Made by a program: the position numbers and the translations under genes. Positions 37,271-45,942 of a stretch of DNA of 64,000 nucleotides are shown here, in pieces. Position 1 is the stretch's first letter. Each line of letters starts with the position of its first letter. Below the pieces are notes generated by a model. It ran no database searches and was not told the DNA's origin. It saw only the letters and a list, made by a program, of their open reading frames with translations. Origin of the DNA: Bdellovibrionales bacterium (GTDB lineage: Bacteria > Bdellovibrionota > Bdellovibrionia > Bdellovibrionales > UBA1609); the NCBI GenBank assembly GCA_965203225.1, contig CBDBBW010000006.1, positions 352,040 to 416,039 of the forward strand. The letters run 5' to 3'.

Positions 37271-37690
37271 AATTATTTTAATCCGCGCCGAGATCTTAAT
37301 TTTTTCAGAAGATTTGAATTTCGCTTCCTCACTCTATAAGCCGGCACACCTAACTTCTATCTTATACCCTTTTACAATTATTTTAATCCGCGCCGAGATC
37401 TTAATTTTTTCAGAAGATTTGAATTTCGCTTCCTCACTCTATAAGCCGGCACACCTAACTTCTATCTTATACCCTTTTACAATTATTTTAATCCGCGACG
37501 GGGGCTTAATTTTTTCAGAAGATTTGAAATTCACTTCCTCACTCTATAAGCCGGCACACCTAACTTCTATCTTATACCCTTTTACAATTATTTTAATCCG
37601 CGCCGGGATCTTAATTTTTTCAGAAGGTTTGAAATTCGCTTCCTCACTCTATAAGCCGGCACACCTAACTTCTATCTTATACGCTTTTCC
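37271..37690. repeat. 105-bp tandem repeat, 4 copies
   Basis: Units start at 37271, 37376, 37481 and 37586. There are two sequence variants (..gccgagatctt..gaatttcgc.. and ..gacgggggctt..gaaattcac..). Because 105 = 35 codons, the array produces the artefactual ORF 37314-37793. Confidence 0.9.
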
Positions 37691-37855
37691 AACATATCAA
37701 TGCAATCTTCAAGTGTTTTTATATCTCTATTTCAGGCTTTTGCATAAGCTCTTTATGGCTTTATCTTTATCCTTTGTGATTTTCACCAGCTAAAGGAAAA
37801 ACGAACTTAACAGAAAAACAAACTGAACAAAGAAAAAGTGAACTTACTAAAGAAT

Positions 37856-38026
37856 CTATAAATATTCCGAGTAAAAAATCCAAAAAAAACCTACCTTAAG
37901 GAAAAAAATCTTCACTGATACATGGAAAAATGAGAATAATTATGTATTTTTTTCGCGGCCTCCATTTCACCTACACTACTGATATATGGAAGAAATACGG
38001 GAATATTCATGAACTCTGCAATAACA
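37856..38026 (+). repeat. dispersed intergenic repeat, copy A
   Basis: ct.taaatattc.gagtaaaaa..cc.aaaaaaa..c .. tactgatatatggaa.aaa.a....aatatt.atgaactct.caataaca is shared with 48490-48608 in the same orientation. Copy A has an internal duplication of the actgata.atggaaaaa module. Confidence 0.75.
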
Positions 38027-38028
38027 GC

Positions 38029-38733
38029 TTACGCAAAAACATAGACTAAAAAACACAAAGCGACAGCCAGTATCAGTGCATCAAAAGCGTAACTGTTGCA
38101 CCAGTCTTTTGCTTTAAGCAACATCTTTTTGAATGTTAGTTTGGGAAGAGACATTTCCTCCTCGAAAAACCAGGTCAGAGATTCCATCCTTTTAATCATT
38201 TCCTTTGCTTTTTTGTTATCCTTGTCTTCTTTCAGGATTCTTCCATAACAGGAAATGCCGTAAACCAATTCATTTTGTTTATGACAGTTAATGAGAAAGT
38301 CATCATGCATTTTCTCATTATGCCAGTTTTTAACCACTTTTCCCCACATACCTCTGAGCTGAAAAGAGGATTCCACCCCTTCAATAATTTTAATAAAAAC
38401 CACGCCACAATAGGTACACTCCTGATCTCCTATGGGCACCTCTTCGGTGCACCTGGGGCATATTTTGGTGGTCACCCCCAACCCACTAACAGGGGAGGAA
38501 TACACCCCTTTTTGCATATCTCCCGGTGTTCCAAGAATCACTTCAGATGTATCCTTTGAGTTAATACAAAATTTTTCATGGCATACGGAACACTGAAAAT
38601 CCGGCATATCCTCTGCCAATTCATGCTTAAATGTTTTAAACACCTGAAAACAATACGGGCATCTGATACGAAGCTCAGACGGAGTCAAACTTCTTTGCTC
38701 TTCATGAAACTGTCTCATAATGGGATTATACAT
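38029..38733 (-). CDS. double zinc-ribbon (MJ0042-type CxxC) protein with a C-terminal TM anchor
   Basis: IRCPYCFQVF..FQCSVCHEKF and ICPRCTEEV..CTYCGVVF ribbons, with a hydrophobic tail DALILAVALCFLVYVFA. Confidence 0.55.
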   Translation of the reverse strand: MYNPIMRQFHEEQRSLTPSELRIRCPYCFQVFKTFKHELAEDMPDFQCSVCHEKFCINSKDTSEVILGTPGDMQKGVYSSPVSGLGVTTKICPRCTEEVPIGDQECTYCGVVFIKIIEGVESSFQLRGMWGKVVKNWHNEKMHDDFLINCHKQNELVYGISCYGRILKEDKDNKKAKEMIKRMESLTWFFEEEMSLPKLTFKKMLLKAKDWCNSYAFDALILAVALCFLVYVFA

Positions 38734-38776
38734 AAAAGCGGTAAAAAAGCTAATTTTTTTGTTTTTTAATCAGCCC

Positions 38777-40732
38777 ATGGAGAGAAAAACAGGAAAAAAA
38801 CTGACTATTTCCTCCTGTATCTGTAAAAAAATAAGAAAACAAATTGATTATTTCTTCCTGTATTCGTACAAAAACGATAGCAAAATTAGGAAAAAATCAA
38901 AATTGAACATTATAAAATGTCTTAAATTTTACTCCCTTCCTCTGCTGTCCAGTGTTTTAATAGGCACAAGCTACATACCCTTTCCCCCTTGGGCCTTGTT
39001 CTTTTGTTATGTGCCGCTTTGGCTTTTCACTCTAAGACAGAACCGATTAAAACCCCTTTTGACAGGGGCCTGGCTTTGTCAATTTGTAACCTCTGTAATT
39101 GGATTTAATTGGGTGTTTTATACCATCAGGGAATTTGGCTTCTTTCCCTGGCCTCTATCTGTAATGGGGCTTTTGATTTTTGCCAGCTTCGCCAACCTGC
39201 ATATTCCCATTGTTTTATATTTCTGGTTTATCTCACAAAAAAAATTGAAAAAAATAAAAAATTCCTCACTCCGATTTTTTTGCATTTTGATTTTATTGCC
39301 TCTGTATTCCGCTCTCGGTATGGAATATTACCCCATGATTTTTGAATGGAATTTCGGATACACATGGTTTTACGCAAAATGGCCCGCCAGTCAGACAGCG
39401 GAAATCTGGGGCTTTAAATTCTTAAACACCTTAAGCTTATTTTTCAACCTATTGTCTTTATATATTTATTTTAGTTTGGCACCCAAAATACGCTCAGGAT
39501 CGATCCGTGTTATAAAGACCGCTTTATGTAAAAAAATAATCAGCTTGTTTCCAAAAAGATCTCTTTCCTTCATACGAAACACACAAACCTCCTTTATCAG
39601 AAGCAATGCTGAAATTGATAATCACATTGCAACACCTTCCGTTCGCGCCTCTTTATGGATCCTGGCAATCTGGACTCTGTTTTTTGCCGGCCTGAATTTT
39701 TACGGACAATACTTAAAAAACCGCTGGCCCCAACCCAACCGGACAGCCCGTGTATTGATTGTACAGCCAAATATTAAAAATTTAAACAAGCTGTATAAAG
39801 AATCAAAAATAGACCCCAGGCCGGCTGTGCTGTCACAACTGATTAAAAAAACAGAAAAATATTTTAAAAATACCTCCTTTTCCACACCAGAGGAGGAGAC
39901 ACGCACCCGCTCTTCACAAACATCTTATCAAACTGCTGAAAAACAACTCAACCACCGCCGCCTGCAGAAGGCAAAACTTGATTTTATTCTCTGGCCGGAA
40001 GGAACCTATCCTTACAGTATTAAACACGATACGAAAAAAACAACAGGCAGTTTCGCTCAGAGGCAGGCACGAAAATGGAATACCTCCATAATGCTTTCCG
40101 CAACAGGAAAAAGCCCAAGAGGAACCACCAACTCCATTTTCACCTTTAATAACAACGGGGAATTAATACAAGCTCCTTATGACAAAACCCTTCTTTTAGC
40201 TTTTGGAGAATATCTCCCCGGAGAACAATGGTTTCCCGTAGAAAAACTTTTCTCTTACTACGGCCGCTCTTTCGCAAGAGGCACAGGGGAAAACAAGGTA
40301 ATCAAATTAAATGAAATGAATGTAGGCCTCCAAATTTGCTATGAAGGTCTTTTTGATTTTTTTACCAGAGATCTGAGCCTGGAAAAAGCCCAGATTATTG
40401 TAAATGTCACCAACGATTCGTGGTATGGAAGCTGGCAACAGCCCTGGCAGCATCTGTATATGACATTAAGTAGAGCTATAGAAGTCAGAAGACCCCTTGT
40501 CAGAGGAACCAATACCGGATTTTCGGCCTTTATCTCAGCCAAAGGGGAGATCGGCCCTATTTCCACCCTTAACAAAAGCATGAGCTGGGTGCAGGAGATC
40601 CCTTACAACAGCCGGAAAAAATACACTGTTTTCACTCTATGGGGTTATTATATCAACCAATATTTTTTATGGGGACTGCTCCTGATTGTTTTTGGGCTTT
40701 TCTGCCTGACAAATAAAAAGGAATCACCATGA
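38777..40732 (+). CDS. lnt: apolipoprotein N-acyltransferase
   Basis: N-terminal multi-TM region followed by a CN-hydrolase domain with ILWPEG (Glu) and LQICYEGLF (Cys). The start is uncertain (ATG 38777 versus 38720). It is longer than usual because of an insert between the TM block and the hydrolase domain. Confidence 0.8.
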   Translation: MERKTGKKLTISSCICKKIRKQIDYFFLYSYKNDSKIRKKSKLNIIKCLKFYSLPLLSSVLIGTSYIPFPPWALFFCYVPLWLFTLRQNRLKPLLTGAWLCQFVTSVIGFNWVFYTIREFGFFPWPLSVMGLLIFASFANLHIPIVLYFWFISQKKLKKIKNSSLRFFCILILLPLYSALGMEYYPMIFEWNFGYTWFYAKWPASQTAEIWGFKFLNTLSLFFNLLSLYIYFSLAPKIRSGSIRVIKTALCKKIISLFPKRSLSFIRNTQTSFIRSNAEIDNHIATPSVRASLWILAIWTLFFAGLNFYGQYLKNRWPQPNRTARVLIVQPNIKNLNKLYKESKIDPRPAVLSQLIKKTEKYFKNTSFSTPEEETRTRSSQTSYQTAEKQLNHRRLQKAKLDFILWPEGTYPYSIKHDTKKTTGSFAQRQARKWNTSIMLSATGKSPRGTTNSIFTFNNNGELIQAPYDKTLLLAFGEYLPGEQWFPVEKLFSYYGRSFARGTGENKVIKLNEMNVGLQICYEGLFDFFTRDLSLEKAQIIVNVTNDSWYGSWQQPWQHLYMTLSRAIEVRRPLVRGTNTGFSAFISAKGEIGPISTLNKSMSWVQEIPYNSRKKYTVFTLWGYYINQYFLWGLLLIVFGLFCLTNKKESP

Positions 40733-40872
40733 TTGGACCTTATTAAAAATAAATACATTGGTTCCTAATTGTTTATTGGCTCCTAATTATGTCCGTGATC
40801 CTCATTTTGCTTACACACTTAACATTGATAATCATACACTTGGGGGCGAAATGAGGTACACAGACAAAAAAA

Positions 40873-41703
40873 TTAACTCTGTAAAAAAGAGCAGGCTACA
40901 ACAAGATATTTAAAAAAACAGGCAAAACCTTGTCCTTGTATGTTTTTTTCCTCCACAGAAAATTGATAATCATACACTTGGGAATGAGAAACGGCCTGCC
41001 AGCCAAAAACAGATATTTGCCTAATATAAGCACGATCCTGAAATGCATTTATACTTTTATAGGCTGACTCCTTAGCTGACCACAAAGCGGTGGGAGAGGG
41101 GGCTTTGATTAATTCATTGTTATTTGAAATACGCAAAACTGTTTTTTTCTTTGCTCTCCCTGGCGATTCCAAATCAATACCCACAAAAGGCTGAAGAAAA
41201 AATCCGTGCTCCTTTGCTCCAAGATGACTTTTGTGCGGCAAAATTTCTTTTTCTACACTAACATCCGCCCTGGAAACTGCGCAATGGCTGTGAGACGGGG
41301 ATTTCCACTTACGAGAGAATGATAGACTTGTTGAAGCGTTGTTTTCTTTTTCAGATGGCTGCGGATCTGTCACTATTTTATTCGAAACAAAAGGGGCAAT
41401 AATAAAACCGCCCGTAAAAGCAGAATGGGAAACAGATACAGAAGCAAACGGAACTCGCGGAGGCACCCCTGGCGTCAACAACACTTTTTTTTGTTCCGAG
41501 GAAAGCTTTTTCCCACTTAAGCTTTCCACTTTCCACACAAGCCGTTTACGCAGGATTTTTTTATTCTCCATAGCGGAATTTTGTTTATCGAAAGCGGTTA
41601 AAAAGCAATTTAACTCACAACCCAATCGAAAGCTGTGTTTCTTAACCACCCCTTCATAAGACCTCAGCTCCTCTTCCTCTACAAAAGCGGGTGGCGACAT
41701 CAC
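40873..41703 (-). CDS. putative 4'-phosphopantetheinyl transferase superfamily protein
   Basis: GIDLE .. WSAKESAYK resembles the PPTase GxDxE / WxxKE(A/S)xxK motifs. The rest is unrecognised. Confidence 0.4.
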   Translation of the reverse strand: MMSPPAFVEEEELRSYEGVVKKHSFRLGCELNCFLTAFDKQNSAMENKKILRKRLVWKVESLSGKKLSSEQKKVLLTPGVPPRVPFASVSVSHSAFTGGFIIAPFVSNKIVTDPQPSEKENNASTSLSFSRKWKSPSHSHCAVSRADVSVEKEILPHKSHLGAKEHGFFLQPFVGIDLESPGRAKKKTVLRISNNNELIKAPSPTALWSAKESAYKSINAFQDRAYIRQISVFGWQAVSHSQVYDYQFSVEEKNIQGQGFACFFKYLVVACSFLQS

Positions 41704-41730
41704 ACGATTCCTTTCAACGGCAAAAGAAAG

Positions 41731-42540
41731 TTACCAAGGTTGATAGCTGCCTTTTTTCAAAGTCCACACAGCTACGAGATGAAACAAGAGCAACCCCAGA
41801 AGGGAAACCCAAAAGGCTGTGCCCACAGAGACATCCGACATTCCCAGCACCCCATAACGAACTCCGTTTATAAAATAAAGTAAAGGGTTAAAATAGGAGA
41901 CCTTAATCCAAAAAGGATTTAAGTTATTGAGTGAAAAAAAGACTCCTCCCAAATAAATTAAAGGCAGAATAATAAACCCGCCAATCGCACTGACATGATC
42001 GAAAGTTTTAGCCCAAAAAGCAACAGCAATACCCAGCTTGGTGAAAGCCAGGCCTCCAATAACACAAAAAATAAAAAAATAAAAAGGGTGGGCGGGAATC
42101 AACCAAGCGCTTTCATAAAAATAATAAAATAGCTCTCCTGAAATCAACACCACAAGGCCCACAACCAGGCCGCGGCACAGCCCTCCGAGAGACATAGCCC
42201 AGATAATCTGCTGAATTGTCAAAGGAGAAGCTTTAATATCCACAATCTCCCCTCCAAATTTCATACCCAGCAGGGAACTTGAACCATTTTGATAACTATT
42301 GTTCATACATCCCATCATAATCAAACCAGGTATCAGAAACTCCAGATAAGAAACACCCTCCAGCACTTGAATGCTTTTTCCAAGACTCACACCAAAGATA
42401 AGCAAATAAATAAAAGAGTTGATAGCGGGGATAAAAATGGTCTGCGCAAGCACCTTAAAGAAACGTTGAATTTCACGAGACAGGAGTGCAAAAAATGGCG
42501 CCCATACCAACTCTTGTTTTTTTGCATAATTATTTTCCAA
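41731..42540 (-). CDS. ABC-2 type transporter permease
   Basis: 269 aa with ~6 TM helices and the typical ABC-2 layout. Strong RBS (AGAGGTGA) upstream. Partner ATPase lies at 43262-44158. Confidence 0.75.
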   Translation of the reverse strand: MENNYAKKQELVWAPFFALLSREIQRFFKVLAQTIFIPAINSFIYLLIFGVSLGKSIQVLEGVSYLEFLIPGLIMMGCMNNSYQNGSSSLLGMKFGGEIVDIKASPLTIQQIIWAMSLGGLCRGLVVGLVVLISGELFYYFYESAWLIPAHPFYFFIFCVIGGLAFTKLGIAVAFWAKTFDHVSAIGGFIILPLIYLGGVFFSLNNLNPFWIKVSYFNPLLYFINGVRYGVLGMSDVSVGTAFWVSLLGLLLFHLVAVWTLKKGSYQPW

Positions 42541-42592
42541 AAATCACCTCTTAAAAAACATATTTTTTTATTTGTTTAATAATGTCCCACAG

Positions 42593-43176
42593 CGAAATCA
42601 GGCCTGAAAACAAATTCACAATCCGAAATCAGGCCTGAAAACAAATTCACAATCCGAAATCAGGCCTGAAAACAAATTCACAATCCGAAATCAGGCCTGA
42701 AAACAAATTCACAATCCGAAATCAGGCCTGAAAACAAATTCACAATCCGAAATCAGGCCTGAAAACAAATTCACAATCCGAAATCAGGCCTGAAAACAAA
42801 TTCACAATCCGAAATCAGGCCTGAAAACAAATTCACAATCCGAAATCAGGCCTGAAAACAAATTCACAATCCGAAATCAGGCCTGAAAACAAATTCACAA
42901 TCCGAAATCAGGCCTGAAAACAAATTCACAATCCGAAATCAGGCCTGAAAACAAATTCACAATCCGAAATCAGGCCTGAAAACAAATTCACAATCCGAAA
43001 TCAGGCCTGAAAACAAATTCACAATCCGAAATCAGGCCTGAAAACAAATTCACAATCCGAAATCAGGCCTGAAAACAAATTCACAATCCGAAATCAGGCC
43101 TGAAAACAAATTCACAATCCGAAATCAGGCCTGAAAACAAATTCACAATCCGAAATCAGGCCTGAAAACAAATTCA
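42593..43176. repeat. perfect 31-bp tandem repeat, ~18.8 copies
   Basis: Unit gaaatcaggcctgaaaacaaattcacaatcc. No mismatches seen over 584 bp. Each unit contains the 10-bp palindrome tcaggcctga. Confidence 0.95.
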
Positions 43177-43261
43177 TCACAGGCTATACACAGTATCAAA
43201 AAAACCAGTGGAGGAAAACTCACATCACACAACCAGGGGTGTTTATGACTTTCACATTTCT

Positions 43262-44158
43262 TCACAACTCACCTTCATTCAACACATATTTAAAAGCCTC
43301 TTCCAAGGTGCCTTCCCGGATTTTCATATCCAAAATATTATCACTTTGAAAATTTAACTCAGAAAGAAACTGCCCCATCTCCGTCGAATAAGGAACACGA
43401 AACTCCAAAGTATTGCCCTGAAAATTAACTAGAGCGGAATGAGAACACTGAATTTTATTTTTTAAAGTGACAGTCAAATGGCGAGAAGTGAGTTTTTGCA
43501 CAAGCTGTTTGGTTTCTCCCTGTTTTTGGATTTGCCCTTTGTGAATAATAGCCACTCTGTCACAAAGCTGTTCCGCCTCCTCCAAATAATGCGTAGTAAA
43601 TAAAATAGCCACACCGTTTTTTTTCAACTCCCGCACCTGCTCCCATATAGAATATCTCAATTCCACATCCACTCCGGCCGTAGGTTCGTCCAAAAGTAAC
43701 AACCGGGGGAAGTGTGCCAAGGCCTTGGCAATCATCAGCCGACGTTTCATTCCTCCACTGAGCTGACGGACTTTTTTATGCCGGTGATCCCACAAATTGA
43801 GCTGTTTCATCAATTCATGGATTTTTTTTTGATTGTTAGTTAATCCATAATAACCTGACTGAAACTTTAAAATTTCCTCCACATTAAAATATCCGTGAGT
43901 GACCACCTCCTGCGGTACAACACCGGTGATAGCTTTTGTGGCTCTTTCATAACGAGTGACATCCATGTCATTTATGGTAATCGAACCGGAAGTGGGCTGT
44001 TCCAAAGTAATAATAGTAGATATAATAGAGGTTTTTCCGGCACCATTCGGGCCTAACAAACCAAATACCTCTCCTGAATGCACTTCAAAGGAGACTTGAT
44101 TTACCGCCCGGAAAGAGTTGTAATTTTTCACTAAATTTTCCACTTTTAATACAACCAC
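43262..44158 (-). CDS. ABC transporter ATP-binding protein
   Basis: Walker A GPNGAGKTS, signature LSGGMKRR, Walker B LLLLDEPT. 298 aa. Confidence 0.9.
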   Translation of the reverse strand: MVVLKVENLVKNYNSFRAVNQVSFEVHSGEVFGLLGPNGAGKTSIISTIITLEQPTSGSITINDMDVTRYERATKAITGVVPQEVVTHGYFNVEEILKFQSGYYGLTNNQKKIHELMKQLNLWDHRHKKVRQLSGGMKRRLMIAKALAHFPRLLLLDEPTAGVDVELRYSIWEQVRELKKNGVAILFTTHYLEEAEQLCDRVAIIHKGQIQKQGETKQLVQKLTSRHLTVTLKNKIQCSHSALVNFQGNTLEFRVPYSTEMGQFLSELNFQSDNILDMKIREGTLEEAFKYVLNEGEL

Positions 44159-44215
44159 GGATAATTCTCCTTCTTAAGTAAATTCCCTGTTGTCAAAACA
44201 ACCTCTTATTTCCCA

Positions 44216-44530
44216 TTGACATCGTCTCATCCTGTTGCCATGTAATATCATCCTGACCATATCAGCAATCAGTATGTCCCGGATTGACATCGTCTCATCC
44301 CCGTTGCCATGTAATATCATCCTGACCACATCAGCAATCAGTATGTCCCGGATTGACATCGTCTCATCTGTTGCCATGTAATATCATCCTGACCATATCA
44401 GCAATCAGTATGTCCCGGATTGACATCGTCTTCATCCTGTTACTATGTAATATCATCCTGACCATATCAGCAAGTATGCAGTATGTCCCGGTCCGTGATT
44501 GACATCGTCTCATCCTGTTGCTATAATATA
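44216..44530 (+). repeat. 67-79-bp tandem repeat, ~4.6 copies, each starting with TTGACA
   Basis: Units start at 44216, 44284, 44353, 44420 and 44499: ttgacatcgtctcatcctgttgccatgtaatatcatcctgaccatatcagcaatcagtatgtcccgga, with small indels. Confidence 0.9.
44499..44527 (+). promoter_or_regulatory. perfect consensus sigma70-type promoter (TTGACA-N17-TATAAT) facing trhO
   Basis: TTGACA at 44499-44504, a 17-nt spacer, and TATAAT at 44522-44527. It forms the last (partial) unit of the 68-bp array, ~220 bp upstream of the 44746 start. Confidence 0.5.
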
Positions 44531-44745
44531 CTCCAGCAAAAATAAATTCACTCATTTCCTAAACAACCTTATAACATGGAATTTTAAAACACGCTTTTCA
44601 AGTGGGATATTGTGGCAAAAAACCGTCTAAAGCGGGTTGAAACTGGGAAAACAACCGAACTAAGACTTAAATTGTCTTCTCACAAAAACAAGGAAAAAAA
44701 CTAAGATCCAAAAAAGGAAATCAGACGGCAAATCGTTTTGCTGAG

Positions 44746-45696
44746 GTGAATGTGATAACCGATTCCGCAAAAAACAGCAGTAAACCATATCAAATAGTGA
44801 GCTTCTATCGCTTCGTTTCATTTTCAAATGCAAAATTGCGGGAAATGCATCCGGCTTTTTTGAAAAAAGGAAAAGAAAACAACATTATAGGTTTGATTTT
44901 ACTCGGTAAAGAAGGCATTAATGCCACCATTTCCGGCAAACCGGAAAATATAAACGATTACCTACGTCTCGTGGAGAAAATCACCGACATAAACGACTTC
45001 CTGTACAAAAAATGCCCTTCCGCCATCCCTGCTTTTAAACAATTAAGAATAAAAATCAAAAAGGAAATTATCACCTTTGGAAAAAATATTTCAGCTGACT
45101 TCGGATTGCACGATTTGGAACCGGATGAATGGGAGTCCATGTTGAATGAAAAACAAATAACCATATTGGATATCAGAAATGATTATGAAGTGGAGTTGGG
45201 GCAATTTAACAGAGCAAAAAATCTCGGACTCACAGAGTTTAAGGAATTTCCCCGGAAGTTAAAATCAGCTCAACTGCCCAAGGAACAAAAAACATTGCTC
45301 TATTGCACTGGAGGTATTCGCTGTAAAAAAGCGATAGAAGAAATGCGAAAACAAGGATTTAAAGAATTGTATCAACTAAAAGGCGGTATTCTACACTACC
45401 TGAAATTATTTCCAAATAAAAACTTTGCAGGAGAGTGTTTTGTCTTCGATCATCGTGTTGCAGTAGATCAAACATTAAACCCCTCTCGCCAATATTCCCT
45501 TTGTCCGCATTGCGGCCAACCGGCCAAAGAACAAATTAACTGCTTATATTGTAAACAGCCGGGAAAAGTATGTGGGTCTTGTCTGAAAAAGGGGCAGGAA
45601 CACTTAATGACTTGCACAAAAAATTGTGCGCATCATTTTCGCCTGCGGCATAAATGCAAAACACCTAAGAACCAAAAAATCAAAGAACCAACATAA
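44746..45696 (+). CDS. trhO: rhodanese-domain tRNA uridine(34) hydroxylase family protein (TrhO/YceA, UPF0176)
   Basis: N-terminal UPF0176 region, rhodanese active-site loop YCTGGIRC, and a Cys-rich C-terminus. GTG start (44746, or 44752 after GAGG). Confidence 0.75.
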   Translation: MNVITDSAKNSSKPYQIVSFYRFVSFSNAKLREMHPAFLKKGKENNIIGLILLGKEGINATISGKPENINDYLRLVEKITDINDFLYKKCPSAIPAFKQLRIKIKKEIITFGKNISADFGLHDLEPDEWESMLNEKQITILDIRNDYEVELGQFNRAKNLGLTEFKEFPRKLKSAQLPKEQKTLLYCTGGIRCKKAIEEMRKQGFKELYQLKGGILHYLKLFPNKNFAGECFVFDHRVAVDQTLNPSRQYSLCPHCGQPAKEQINCLYCKQPGKVCGSCLKKGQEHLMTCTKNCAHHFRLRHKCKTPKNQKIKEPT

Positions 45697-45942
45697 AAAG
45701 TAATATCGCACACTGTTATATCTCAATGCAGTTTACAGAAAAGACAAAGGAGGAATGAAACCGGGCCGGGTGGGAAAGTGAGAGATATGTTTAAATTCTT
45801 TGCCATGACCGCGCACAGCAGATCGGGTGAGGGGAAATGAGAGGAATGGAATTAAGGTAAAACACACACAATCCCATCGCGAAAGGAATCGAACAAAATA
45901 TTGTATTGCACAACCTGATTTTGAACTTTAAACTATAAAAAT

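Noticed and set aside
37314-37793. 159-aa ORF with an internally repeated peptide (..SSLYKPAHLTSILYPFTIILIR..)
   Set aside because: It is an artefact of the 105-bp (35-codon) tandem repeat staying open in one frame. There is no credible start or RBS, and an IS insertion interrupts the same array upstream.
42593-43176. Could the 31-bp array be a CRISPR array?
   Set aside because: The units abut directly with no spacers. There is no leader or cas gene nearby, and all 584 bp are one unit repeated. It is a plain tandem repeat.
44174-44555. Two minus-strand ORFs (67 and 63 aa) with repeated MSIRDILIADMVRMILHGN peptides
   Set aside because: They are generated by reading through the 68-bp tandem repeat. 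The unit lengths vary (67-79 bp), so the frame is not maintained across units, and the two ORFs overlap out of frame.
45746-45850. AAAGGAGGA-ATG mini-ORF (MKPGRVGK*) and two GC-rich gggtg.gg.aa.tgagag repeats upstream of the HEAT-repeat gene, considered as a leader peptide or riboswitch
   Set aside because: The SD-like sequence is only 1 nt from the ATG, which is too close. I recognise no known riboswitch core, and the repeats are short and imperfect.
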